DNA of 64,000 nt, taken from positions 5,766,001-5,830,000 of the forward strand of contig CM120645.1 of assembly GCA_051362555.1 (NCBI GenBank), read 5' to 3'. Shown here piece after piece: positions 12,077-23,769 of this stretch. Origin of the DNA: Lingula anatina. Lineage: Eukaryota; Animalia; Brachiopoda. Position 1 is the stretch's first letter. Each line of letters opens with the position of its first letter. The notes under the pieces are model-generated. The model was not told the origin of the DNA, searched no databases, and saw only the letters and a program-made list of their open reading frames with translations. A program made the position numbers and the translations under genes.

Positions 12077-12179
12077 ATTCAATGTAGGTTTATACTTATT
12101 AATGAATAGATTATCCCACGGTTATGCCACCCAATGAATGATAAATCTATTCATTAATAAGTATAAACCTACATTGAAT
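12077..12179. repeat. Perfect 36-bp inverted repeat with a 31-nt spacer
   Basis: ATTCAATGTAGGTTTATACTTATTAATGAATAGATT (12077-12112) and its exact reverse complement (12144-12179). Confidence 0.9.
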
Positions 12180-12778
12180 TAAATTGAAATTGAGTTAAAT
12201 TGAGTTATATTGATAGCGAGAGATCAATTTACCCATTAGACGGTGCCAGGTACAAAAGAACAGTTATCATGATATTATTTTTAATCTGCGTTAATTGCAG
12301 ATATAGTTGTAATCATACTGTTTTGGGGGTGTATGTTATCCACTAAAAAGAATGATTATTTTTTTTAATATTGATAATCTTTTCCAGCTATAGGCCTATT
12401 CAAATATGAACTATTTAAATTTTTTGATATAGTTTCATCAATTAATCAATAGTTTTTATGTGTTCATTAATACTGATGGTGGTTCAATGTTTCAAATCCA
12501 ACTGCACACAATTGGATTTAAAGTTTGAACCACACTACCGTATCTGATCAAAATAATTTTGTGAAACAGATCTACACATGTCACGTGTATAAAATACCCC
12601 CCCCTCCTTCAAATAATCCTCGATCCGCCCCTGTCCCCGCCAAGTGAGTAAGAGGGGAGGGGCGAGGGTCGGCTTTTCATCCACAGACCCCCACCCTCAA
12701 ATAATCCTGGATCCACCCCCGCATACACCTACGAGTAAAACGTACATTTGATAGCAATCCATTAAAAAATAAGGTTTA

Positions 12779-12990
12779 AGCCCCCTTTACACTGGACGGC
12801 GTCCTTTCTGCGTCCAGCAGTACGGCCCCATTTGAGAGTTGAAAAATTATAATACTTTACTTGCTGACAACTGGCCGATCATTGAGCATTCATTCTGATA
12901 CAAAATCAATGCTCGTGCCTCCATATTAATACCACAGCGCTGCCAAATTTCATGGTCGCAGAAAGGACGCCGTCCAGTGTAAAGGGGGTA
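12779..12990. mobile_element. PIF/Harbinger-like MITE
   Basis: Perfect ~32-bp TIR CCCCCTTTACACTGGACGGCGTCCTTTCTGCG, flanked by TTA on both sides. Confidence 0.8.
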
Positions 12991-13991
12991 TTACCAGGGT
13001 AAAACGCTATGTTGTTGTTCATACCCAATCGCAGCCGGCAATTTCAAAAGGGGGCGTCTTTTTTTCTGAAAAGGAAACCTAATCAAATTTTACCCTGAAA
13101 GGACTTATTTCCATCAAAAAATGGCGATTTGGGTCTGAATCGATATATTCTGTCCGAAATAATTTATCTTGATTTATTGTCGCCATATGTTAATCATGTC
13201 TGGGAGTAATGGTGTACGTATAACGGTAATTTACAGGGGGTGTATCGAAGTGGGGATCTATCAGTGTAGGGTCATAACGATGCGAGTTGTGCAAAATTTT
13301 ACGGGGGGGGGGGGGGGGGAGGGGGAGGGGGGAGTGTCGTTACGGGGGAGTATGTGTGCATGGTCGTATCGATTCATGTTTAAACTTAAAAGTTATCGGT
13401 AAAGTATCTAATGAATGATTGGGACACTTACTTTTAATTTATTGAGGAGGTGTATTTAAAACACACTACTCAAGTTTGTAGAATGTTTTTGCCATTTCAA
13501 CATTTTTATTGAAATATGATTGTAATGGTGCCTGTTAAACGTGACACAGTGACGGATAGGCCTATAATGCATGCATGGTACATAAAATCACTAGCGGGGA
13601 TTGGAATTGCAACACTTTAAAAAGTACAGTTTGTAAAAGCAATAATTAAATATTCCATACTCATGTAAACAGTGAAATAGGTAAAACATTACCACGATGT
13701 ACAAAACTAGACTTAATATGCAAAGGGGAGACTGAAACAATGGAGACAACCCACTACTTTCTTGAGGACACGTGTCCATTGCTAGTTCATCTCAACATCC
13801 CTACTATTATACGCTGTGTGTAATGCCTGAATTATTTAGATTTCAAGTCAAATGAATTATATCTATTCAGCCTCTTTTTTCAAACAGTCTGCACATTTGG
13901 TCAGATTTCCATGTCAATAAATAAAAAAATTAATAGATATATATATAAATACGGAAAACAATTGTAAAGAGGAAAAATGATCCCCTGATGT

Positions 13992-15696
13992 TTAGTGGAT
14001 GTCTTTTCGCACAAACAATAAATCTTGTCCGAGTGGCTGTACTTCTTTATACATTCCGGTTCTATTAAATACCTCTCTAATATCTCTTAACGCCTGAGTA
14101 TAGTTTTTTGTGAGTTGATGAACTTCGACTGTCCACATATCAACCGTTATTGTATCCCAAGGAAAAGCTTGAAGCACATTCAGTTCCACCCCCTCTACGT
14201 CAAGGGAAAAGAAGTCCACGTGCGTTCTGCCCATGGCGCCTAAAAGCGTTTGAATTGGCAGGCAAAGTATTTTTCTCTTTCCTGTAACAGCTATGCGTTT
14301 ATTTATTGGGTCGATGGCTCCGCTGTCTAAGCTGCTGGACAGCGTGAAGTTAACCCACATGGGTTTATCTGTGATGCAAGACTGGACTATTGTTGCCGCC
14401 CTGAAATGATAGTGTCACGTATTTAGATATTACTCGGTAAAATATTAAATACATTTTAGCAGTGGCCAGTCTAAGACCCTGTTCCCATACCTAGATCGAT
14501 TTAGCAGGATCGACCCATCTCTGATGGGTTTCTTGCTAAACTGCACTCTGCTTGAGTGGCTTAGATACCTGGCACGCCTACTGAAGCTGCTAAACGATAT
14601 AGTTTATTACCCCCTAACGTCTTCAGTAGGTGTGCTAGACATCAGAGCCGGTTAAGCTGAATGCATTTTAGCTAGAAATCCCTTGGAGATGCGGCGATCT
14701 TGCTAGGTCGATCTAGGTATGGGAACGGGGAATACAGCTGGAGAAATGGGTCCCATGAAAGGCACAGGTCGACGCAGAGAATCGTGCTATGAATAAACCT
14801 CGGACATATATGTGAATACATGTAGTTAAAAAAGCCATATGTGACCTTGGCAGAAGGTATGTATACAGGAAAGAGGACCAGCAGGTCCAAACATTTCAAT
14901 GTTTGGACCTGCTGGTCCTCTTTCCTGTATACGTACCTTCGTATTAAAATACGATCTCCCCAAAAATCGTCCAAATAATACCCATAATAAAACTGTGCAG
15001 TAGTATCTACGATATTGCAACGGCCTACGAGTTACCGACTTTTTCAAAAAAAGTTTCAGCTTGACAAAATCGCAGAGGCTACAGAGGCTATGAAGCCCTG
15101 CGATTTCGCACGGCCACCTGCCTCCGCACGGGATTTACGGGCAGCATGCGTGCATAGTACGCACACCGCGTGACAAATGTGTGTGACCAGGCCTACGTAA
15201 TTGCAAGACCAATTATAACATACCTGTTTTTCATGACAAGTTGCTCAAAATTTCTAGGGTCGGGTTCAATTAGTATCCCGGTCCAATTGCGTGATATTTC
15301 AAAAAACAATGAGTTGCTGTCCGTTTCTCCATCCCAGGCACCGGCCTCCACAAAGAACCCGTCGAGTTTTTGGCGCAGACATTTATCGACCACTTTACTT
15401 TGTCCGCTATGGGAAAAATGAACTGCGTTGGGCGTTGTGAGATTCCGAGGCCTCTTGGACGGCGCATACAGCAATCTACGCCTCACGAACTCCAGCAGCC
15501 TGGGATCGAGCGCTTCCACTGTCCCTGAGAGGAGATCTTGAAGAACATCTATTTCCGCATCGCTACTTCTGTTGGTGTCAAAAATGGAGGCAGGTTTTCG
15601 ACTGTTGGAGACGTGGTTGAGGTAAAAATTCAGAAGTATCAGTGCAGTGGCAGTGGCAAACACACACTCCAAAAGGAACCTTCCTGCGGTTTTCAT
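13992..15696 (-). CDS. FkbM-family (Methyltransf_21) Star-like type II membrane methyltransferase, copy A; exons 15696-15224 and 14400-13992, 293 aa
   Basis: N-terminal hydrophobic anchor. Motifs GFFVEAGAWDGE, SNSLFFE, WTGILIEP and VDFFSLDVEGVEL. A phase-2 GT..AG intron joins KNR-AATIVQSC in frame. Confidence 0.9.
14474..14732. mobile_element. Palindromic Harbinger-like MITE (family with several copies in the window), in the intron of FkbM copy A
   Basis: TIR GTTCCCATACCTAGATCGA / TCGATCTAGGTATGGGAAC with internal inverted symmetry. Relatives at 17763-17980, 21688-21905 and 57620-57880; degenerate relatives at ~4620-4843, 36083-36316, 46412-46500 and 56834-57071. Confidence 0.7.
14853..14940. 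repeat. Near-perfect hairpin (43-bp arms, 2-nt loop) in the intron of FkbM copy A
   Basis: GAAGGTATGTATACAGGAAAGAGGACCAGCAGGTCCAAACATT, then TC, then the reverse complement with one mismatch. Confidence 0.9.
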
Positions 15697-15806
15697 TTTC
15701 TACAAAAAAATATTATATTGATAGAAGTTGATCTGTGTAGTAGTGTTACTCATAATGTTGAATATTTAAACAGTTCATTTTCAACACAATTTAACTGAAA
15801 GCATAC

Positions 15807-15849
15807 CTGGAAAACTTTCGTCCCAACACTTCGGACTTCATCAGTCATG
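15807..15849 (-). ncRNA. Minimal hammerhead ribozyme motif (Penelope-associated)
   Basis: Minus strand CTGATGA-A-GTCCGAAGTGTTGGGAC-GAAA-GTTTTC: conserved core boxes flanking stem II. Confidence 0.6.
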
Positions 15850-16898
15850 CTGAATTTACGCTACAGTGTATAGTGAACAGTCAAGTGAGAACTGTTCACT
15901 ATAACACTGTTACAAATGTAAGACAGTTTGCGCCTACCCCGTCCTTGTTTAGCTCATACATAGTGACCAGAACCTGATTTCAATTCACACCATCCACAGG
16001 AGCATACAAATTCAGTCTTGTTAGAACTCTACACCACAGGGCAGGGCAAATCACATCGGAATCCACAGAGCTAGGTAAAGAACTGAACCATGTGAATGGT
16101 GCATTGGAAAGGTGTCACAATCCACACTGGGCAAGTAGTAAAATCTCCAACAGTTTCCTAGAGTTCAATGCTAGGAGATCGATAGTCATTCTGTATGAAA
16201 AGGGTAGGTCTGAACATCTGAGGCGCATTTTCAAAAAACATAAAGACAACGTCAGCTTTAAACCACGTCAGACGCTGAAGGAAAATGCTTTGCCGCCCTA
16301 AGGATAAAACTTACGAAAAGGACTTCAGGGGGGCCCATATTCAAAATTTCATTCAAAAGACATGAGGGCAGTGGGTGGAACCAAATATGCATAGGCGAAA
16401 CTGAGAGGTCTTTACAGGCTAGAGTGAGTTAACGGGGACGGATCCAGAGATAATTTCTGACAGTCTTCCAAATTTACTTTGTTGATCCATCCTCAATTTT
16501 TGACCGTCTTCCGACAGAAAAAAAATAAAATAAATAAAAATTAGATGCCCATCAATGTAAACTTGACAAATCTGACCGTCTTTCGGAAGACCCAGAAGAC
16601 GGCCTCAATCCGCCCCTGGTTAAGGAACACCGAAAACCAAGTTGTTCCAACACATCTGAGGTTTCACAACACATCAACGTTGAGGCACCTGATCACACCA
16701 TCATTTGAGACAATGCGGAGATTTTGAACCGTGACGTGAAAGAAGATGTGCACATTTGGGCCCACAGACCGTCACTAAACAAGGACTCAACTGGGACAGT
16801 GTTTTAGTGAACAGTTCTCACAAAACCGTTCACTATACACCAAAGAGTTCTCACAAAATTGTGAGGACTCCTTGCTATACGCTGTCACGAAACTTCAG

Positions 16899-16941
16899 TG
16901 TGACTGATGAAGCCCCAAGTGTTGGGACGAAAGCTTTCCAG
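16899..16941 (+). ncRNA. Minimal hammerhead ribozyme motif (Penelope-associated)
   Basis: CTGATGA-A-GCCCCAAGTGTTGGGAC-GAAA-GCTTTC, with palindromic GAAAGCTTTC as a minimal stem III. Confidence 0.65.
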
Positions 16942-16986
16942 GATGCTTTCAGCTTATTTTGTAGAAATTCAACAGTTTTAAATTTC

Positions 16987-17048
16987 ATTATATTATATTA
17001 TATTATATTATATTATATTATATTATATTATATTATATTATATTATAC
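16987..17048. repeat. (TATTA)n microsatellite
   Basis: Directly visible. A shorter paralogous tract is at 23792-23818. Confidence 0.95.
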
Positions 17049-17189
17049 ATTTAAGATCGTCAATCGACCATGCAGTTACAACTGCAACCTTCTGGGGACC
17101 TGTTGCCGACTACTTGCGGCCGGTTAGAGACTTGATAGCGACCAAGCGACTGAAGACTGCCAATCAACCGTGCAGTTGCAAGTAGTATG

Positions 17190-17231
<42 letters not shown>

Positions 17232-17762
17232 AACAGATAAAGCTAGTAATTCTTAAAGTTGCTGGACTCATGTTGGTTAAGCCCACTAGAACAAACAATT
17301 CTTCCGCTCGCGTAGTTTATTAAAACATTTTTTAATTAAATGGGCCTATGTATATTGAGAATGTGTGATAACAGATGAGTCTGATAGCTCAACATGCCAC
17401 CCCTGTGAGACGGCACGGTCATCATTAACGTAATCCGACTACGTAGCTCATTAACTTTCAGACCTAGCGAAAGGTGGGCATTCCTAAAGCACGATATTTA
17501 CCAAATAAACAAAAGACGCGCACGCACATCAGTCATTTGACCAGTTAACAAGTCATTTATCAAAGGGCACTGGTCCAAGTTTGCTACGATATGCGTATGA
17601 TTTTGTTGGGCTCTTTTTTATACATGTACTGCTTACATAAGCCATGCACAAAATAAGATCAAAGGGGTTGGTTTTTGTCAAAAAAATGACACGAAGAGTC
17701 ATATGAAGGGGGGGGGGGTCGGCGAGGGGGGGATGGGATCACTTTCATATACTTTTCATACT

Positions 17763-17980
17763 TAGGGCGCATTCCATGGATTTTAGATCGATCTATCCCC
17801 GTGGGGAGTCTCACTAGATTACTGTCAGAAAATCCGGCTTAAATGTCCGTCCCGCCTACTACAAGCTGTAAGGCGGTAATTAACTTTCGTGCCCGCTCGG
17901 CTGACAGCTATTTAGCGCGAACCCCCAGGGAGTTAGGTCGATCTAGTTGGATCGATCTAATCTCTGGGAATGGGGTCTTA
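17763..17980. mobile_element. Harbinger-like MITE, same family as 14474-14732
   Basis: Inverted termini with TAGATCGATC motifs and TTA flanks. Reverse-complement match to 21688-21905. Confidence 0.7.
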
Positions 17981-19009
17981 GGCTCCATTATATGATTTGT
18001 GATGGATACTGAAAGCATTCTACCCTGTATTTGTATTCAAGGTCTGATAGAAGCAGTTTGAAATCAGGTATACTCATTAAAAGTTTTCTATAATATTTGT
18101 CTTTTTACTTAAAGGATTATTAGGTACAGAAGTTCACTATTACAGGTTCCGTCTAGAAGGAGCTGTAATTGAACGTGCATTTCCCAGGTATACTTAGTTT
18201 AAGCTTTTACTTTGCCTTTTCCTCTTTAAAGTCTATCCAATCTGCCCAACACTTATCCAACCAAAAAAAGATGCCAAAAATATTCTCCGTCAATATTTTA
18301 AAAGATACATAATTGAGAATGTTTGCAGTGTGTTCTGTGGAAATGAGTATTGTCGCTATAATCCGAAAATTGATACATGGCAATTCGATATCAAAAGTTA
18401 TCTAAAGCGGTTAAATAAAAATCTTATCCCCCATTTTTCTATAATCTAACTGTTGACATAATACGTTCATACGTTTCATTTGTTAATTATTTACTTTTTA
18501 CATTCGAGAGTACCATAGTAAATTAGAACAAAAAGGATGGGACAAGTAAGATTTCGGAAATATTTCTCAAAATTTTAGCGTCGGTGCCGAGACTCCGAAA
18601 GTCACTTTATTTTGTGGAATGGCCAATTGCATGACAACATTAGCATGCATCATTTTATCCAGAATTTAAAGGAATCATCTAATATACTTATAAACCCTCT
18701 TCTGTAAATATCTCACCGTTAAGATTTTTGAAAATGCTGCGGTTTTATGAATTGTCTTGAAGGATTTAACTTTAAAAAAAGATTCAGATGAAGTAAGCTT
18801 TGAAAAATAAAGTGGCCTGAAAAACCAAGTAGTCATAGCAGAAGTAGCCCTACTCACATGTTAGACTATATGTAGTGAAAAAAACATTATGTTGCGCAGT
18901 CCTTTCACAATACACACTATCCCACTATGGTGAATTCAGTGAATTACTTCGGCCTGCGACTGGTGTTCTTCTTTGAAGAGCTTATTAACTGTCACTATCT
19001 CACTATCTA

Positions 19010-19575
19010 TTGGTACTACGTGTTACATACCAACAGGCATGCATGTGGCACTGGTATGTCTTTAATCACCTGAAGTCTACTGGAGTGTTGAATGTACACC
19101 GTGGTAAAATATATATCTGAATTACACTTGCCATGCGATGTCCGCACGGCGCTCCTATACTGCCCGTACTTCAAGTCCCTTTTACAATGAAAAGCGACCT
19201 GCAAATCACGTGCGTCCATTCTACGACCGAAAATGTGACCAAGACGCTCAATGGTCACCAAAGCAAGAAAATCGTGTTCGGTGTAAATGCTCCTGCGACC
19301 AATCCATTTGCATCCTTTGAACGACCAAATCTGGATTATCCTGTATGACAACGAGCGACCTGTGCGTCCAGTGAACGACTTGTCTGCCTCCCCTGTACGC
19401 CCTCTGTGCGTCCTCTGTGCAACCTACGCAGCACATTATATAACTATCAGTACTACGTGTTACATACCAACAGGCATGCATGTGGCACTGGTATATGTCT
19501 TTAATCACCTGAAATCTACTGGAGTGTTGAATGTACACCGTGGTAAAATATATGAATCTGAATTACGCTTGATAT
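19010..19575. repeat. ~120-bp direct repeat (19010-19135 and 19451-19572) enclosing a Harbinger-like fragment
   Basis: TACTACGTGTTACATACCAACAGGCATGCATGTGGCACTGG occurs twice. The enclosed 19170-19420 is homologous to 20941-21150. Confidence 0.75.
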
Positions 19576-20021
19576 GCAGTACAGACCGCAGAAAATTTCT
19601 GATGCGTGTAATTATTTTTAATTGAGTCGCGGGCATGTGCACGCGGCTCGTATTAGTAATGTAATCGTTCCTATATCACTTTGATTGGTTCCAGTCAACT
19701 TTATTTGTCTCACTTCATTACAACTTATCTAACGTTACGATGCAACGCGGTCTGTCACGCCAATACTCGAGGTACAAAACCAGGCAGCGGCCTAGAAATA
19801 AACAGAGTTTTTACATTTTATAACCAAGCTGTGGTGTTGTGTTGCTTTTCTCTCCAGGCATAACCCAAGTCGGGAATCGTGGACCAAACCTTGAATCTTC
19901 AGTAGACTGATTAGAGCCCTTGGAGTAGGCCTAAAATATACCCCGCGGTATCTGTAAGAACGCAGTACAATGCGATATGCGCACGGTGCTGGTATACTGT
20001 TCGTACTCTTAAGTCCCCTTA

Positions 20022-20940
20022 AAGCCTCGGTCACAACCGGCCGTACGGGCTCTTACGGGCTGTTTGCGCCCAAAATTTGCGCATAATTTCACATCCCACG
20101 CAAGTCCTTCTTACAAAATTTCGAGTTCGCAGACAGCCCGTAAGCACGTACGGAAGATGTTGGACATGTCCAAAAGATTCTACGAATAGCCTGCGAACAG
20201 CAGGGCCGCAAGCGTAACTTGCTCCCCTCGCACGGAGTTAGCAAGAGAGATGCGCGTTTTGCAGGACGCACATCGCAAGCAATAAAGGAACAAGTGCCCT
20301 TTGCGTGTTGAGTAAGGCGCACGCCCTCACAACTAACGAGCAAAGTCGAGAGCACACCGGGCATGCGTCGCACGTGCGTCACTCCCACGCCTGGTGTATA
20401 AAAGGCTTGCTCACGACGCACGCTCGTGTCTTTACAATGAACGTCGACTGTGTAACGTGTACAACAATTTTCAAAATTTTCAACTTGCTCAATTTAGTTT
20501 CTAATATGCCTCCAAAAGGCAATAGAAAGAGGCTTACATAGTAGAAAAAAGGGAGGAGGAAGAAGCAAGAAGAGGAGAACAGGAAGCAAAACTGAGTACG
20601 CCGTCAGTACGTCACAAACAAACGTGTGAGGCAAGTGTGAAGCAAAACTGACGCAAAAGGGCACTACGTTCGCAGTGCGTTGCATTCCCTTCGTAAGAGG
20701 TGAGTGTGTGCCACGCGTACGTACACAGGAAGCAAGACAAACTCAAGAAATTAGTACAATTTCTACGGCCATCGCTCCTTGCAATTAGCGTCACTGCTTG
20801 AAAGGAAATCTCATGTGGCCCTTGCCACTCGCAAGGCAGACTTTTCTCTACCTCTACGACCTCCACGGCCTCCGCAACACCCAAAAATCGCAGGGGACGT
20901 ACGATCTTGAAATTCGTGCGTCCGGTTGTGACCGGGGCTT
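20022..20940. mobile_element. Non-autonomous PIF/Harbinger-like element nested in the terminus of another Harbinger-like element
   Basis: TIR AAGCC(T/C)CGGTCACAACCGG at both ends in TWA context. Removing it restores AAGTCCCCTTTACACTG, matching the uninterrupted copy at ~19173. Confidence 0.75.
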
Positions 20941-21687
20941 TACACTGAAAGGCGACCTTCGTGCGTCTCATCTGCGACCGAAAACGGGACGCTCGGTGGT
21001 CACTAAAGCAAAAAAATCGTGTCTCGGTGTAAATGCTTCTGCCACCAATATCTGTATCCTTTGAACGACCAAATCTCGTATGTATGACAACGAGCGACCT
21101 GCGCGTCCAGTGAACGACTTGTCTGCCTCCCCTGTGCGTCCTCTGTGCAATCTTCGGCGTCCAATGCTATTAAAGACGAAGCAGGCGTTGGAGCAATCGT
21201 CGAGCATCCTCATTGCGTTCTTGTTCCTACCATCATCGGCGACTAATGGCGAACAACGGCTGTCATTCTACAATCTTTCTGCGAAACCGATGAACGTAAT
21301 TTGGGCATCCTTTGACGACTTTTGCTTCGACATACTCTGGCTCTTTTATATTTTTCATTAGTTCTAACCTGGGCAGCCAATTATAAACATCCCCAGAAAA
21401 TAAATAATTGGAAGTAAAGAGTTTGTGGGTATTAGAATAAGGTCTACAATCACAAATGCTTCTACATTTATGTCCCTTTTCAGAGCAGCAGCAGAAACGA
21501 TTTTTTTAGAAATACTAGCTAAGCATGTAAGAAATCGGTCAAATTAAAGTAGGCCTATCGGTGAACCATATTGGGATAGCTGGTGACCTTCTTTACAGTG
21601 ACGGATTTAGGGGTGTCGGGGGGTCCTGGCCAATTTTTTCATTGATTGGTAATTCATTCTGTCAGTAGTGTCAAACTTTTCAGTCAA

Positions 21688-21905
21688 AGACTGGGTTCCC
21701 ACAGATTTAGATCGATCCATCTGGATTGACCTAACTCACTGGGGGTTCACGCTAAATTGCAGTCAGCCGAGCGCGCACGCAAGTTAATTACCCCCTTACA
21801 GCTTTTAGTAGGCGGGACAGACATTTAAGCCCGGTAAGCTGACAGCAATCTAGTGAGACTCCCCACGGGGATAGATCGATCTAAAATCTGTGGGTATGCA
21901 GTCAA
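21688..21905. mobile_element. Harbinger-like MITE, same family as 17763-17980
   Basis: Reverse-complement similarity to 17763-17980 across its length. Confidence 0.7.
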
Positions 21906-22541
21906 AGACGTAATACCCACAAATTGTTACATTTCATCTGTAAGTGGCCCATTTTCCTTGAAATACTATTTTTGCCTCTTGATCTTTGTACCCCCACCGT
22001 TACCCGCGGACAGGGGGACTCATGCTATTATTTATTTATTTATTTATTAGGTCAAAAATGACACGAATACTTATGTCAGCATCTAAATCTTTAATTTAAC
22101 TAAAAAATTATAAATACTTTGTGAGCAATCCTGCACCTTTGATGAACATTACTGTGTCCAGTATAACATCGGATATCAGCTGGGCGGCCATCTTTGCCAG
22201 TCATTTTCTTAGAAACACTGTACTCTGTTGTCTTTGTAGGACATATAATTATAACAGGAAATATAAGTCTTTTTACAGTAACAAAATGGATCATTATTAC
22301 TGTTGTCAGAAAATTGCTATTTTCTATGGCACTTTCTGGCACAGGCTCATATCTAAGTTGCACGCATATGCTGTTCATAACGCCTGGAGCTATTTAGTTT
22401 TCAAGATCCATTAATTTTATCTAGATGCAATAAATTCATTCGGCATCCTATTTTAAATAGTCTTTACACATATTGTCAGATTGTCCTGGCAAAAATATAG
22501 AAGAGCTATACAGAAATGAAATAATAAAACATCCCTGATCT

Positions 22542-23769
22542 TTAGTGGATGTCTTTTCGCACAAACAGTAGGTCTTGTCCGAGTGGCTGCAATTCTTTAT
22601 ACATTCCGGTTCGATTAAATACCCCTCTAATATCTCTTAACGCCTGAATATAGTTTTTTGTGAGTTCATGAACTTCGACTGTCCACATATCAACCGTTAT
22701 TTTATCCCAAGGAAAAGCTTGAAGCACATTCAGTTCCACTCCCTCTACGTCCAGGGAAAAGAAGTCCACGTGTGTTCTACCCATGGCGCCTAAAAGCGTT
22801 TGAATCGGCAGGCAAAGTATTCTGCTCTTTCCTTTAATAGCTATGCGTTTATTTATTGGGTGGATGGCTCCGCTGTCTAAGCTGCTGGACAGCGTGAAGT
22901 CCACCCACATGGGTTTATCTGTGATGCAAGACTGGACTATTGTTGCCGCCCTGAAATGAAAAGTACCATGAAACGCTTGGGTATATGTATGGCCCCTTTC
23001 AAAAAAAAAAAAAAAAAAAAAAAAAAAAGGACCAACAGTAGGTTCAAATATTAAAACGATCACTGCAAATCCACCGAACAATGCCTGGTCGGGAACTGTG
23101 CAATGCCACGTATGATACTTCTGTTTCACCTTGATAAAATCGCAGAGGCTACGGAGGCCGTGAAGACCTGCTCGACAACCGCCTGCCTCTGCACAGACGG
23201 ATCACGAAGAAAGGGATTTACAAGGAGTTTGTATAGCAAGTACACCGCATTACAAATGTATGTAACCAGGCCTACGTAACTGCAAGACCATTAAAATTAA
23301 CATACCTGTTTTTCGTGACAAGTTGTTCAAAATTTCTAGGGTCGGGTTCAATCAGTATCCCGGTCCAATTGCGTGATATTTCAAAAAACAATGAGTTGCT
23401 GTCCTTCTCTCCATCCCAGGCACCGGCCTCCACAAAGAACCCGTCGGGTTTTTGGCGCAGACATTTATCGATCACTTTACTTTGTCCGCTATGGGAATAA
23501 TGGATTGCGTTGGGCGTTGTAAGATTCCGAGGCCTCTTGGACGGCGCATACAGCAGTCTACGTCTCACGAACTCCAGTAGCCTAGGATCTAGCGCTTCCA
23601 CTGTCCCATAGAGTAGATCTTGTAGAACATCTATTTCGGCACCGCTTGCGTCAAATATGGAGGAAGGTTTACGAATTTTGGCGCCGTGGTTAACGTAAAC
23701 GTTCAGAAGTATGAATGCAGCGGCAGTGGCAAGCACACATTCTAAAAGGAACCGTCCCTTGAGCTTCAT
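22542..23769 (-). CDS. FkbM-family Star-like type II membrane methyltransferase, copy B; exons 23769-23306 and 22950-22542, 290 aa
   Basis: Same motifs and same phase-2 intron as copy A. The real ATG is at 23769; the ORF track starts at an upstream TTG. Confidence 0.9.

Larger units (their letters stand above)
15760..16990 (+). mobile_element. Penelope-like retroelement remnant with inverted terminal repeats
   Basis: Degenerate ORF SLVRTLHHRA...SEHLRRIFKKH...FKPRQTL...PKDK, then GIY-YIG segment IGETERSLQARV-KEHRK...SEVSQHI. ~200-bp inverted ends (15760-15960 vs 16760-16990). Interrupted by a small MITE at ~16433-16618. Confidence 0.85.

Noticed and set aside
19016-21361. Cluster of overlapping ORFs
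   Set aside because: They lie in CpG-rich non-autonomous Harbinger-like DNA; no transposase or other domain motif is recognisable.
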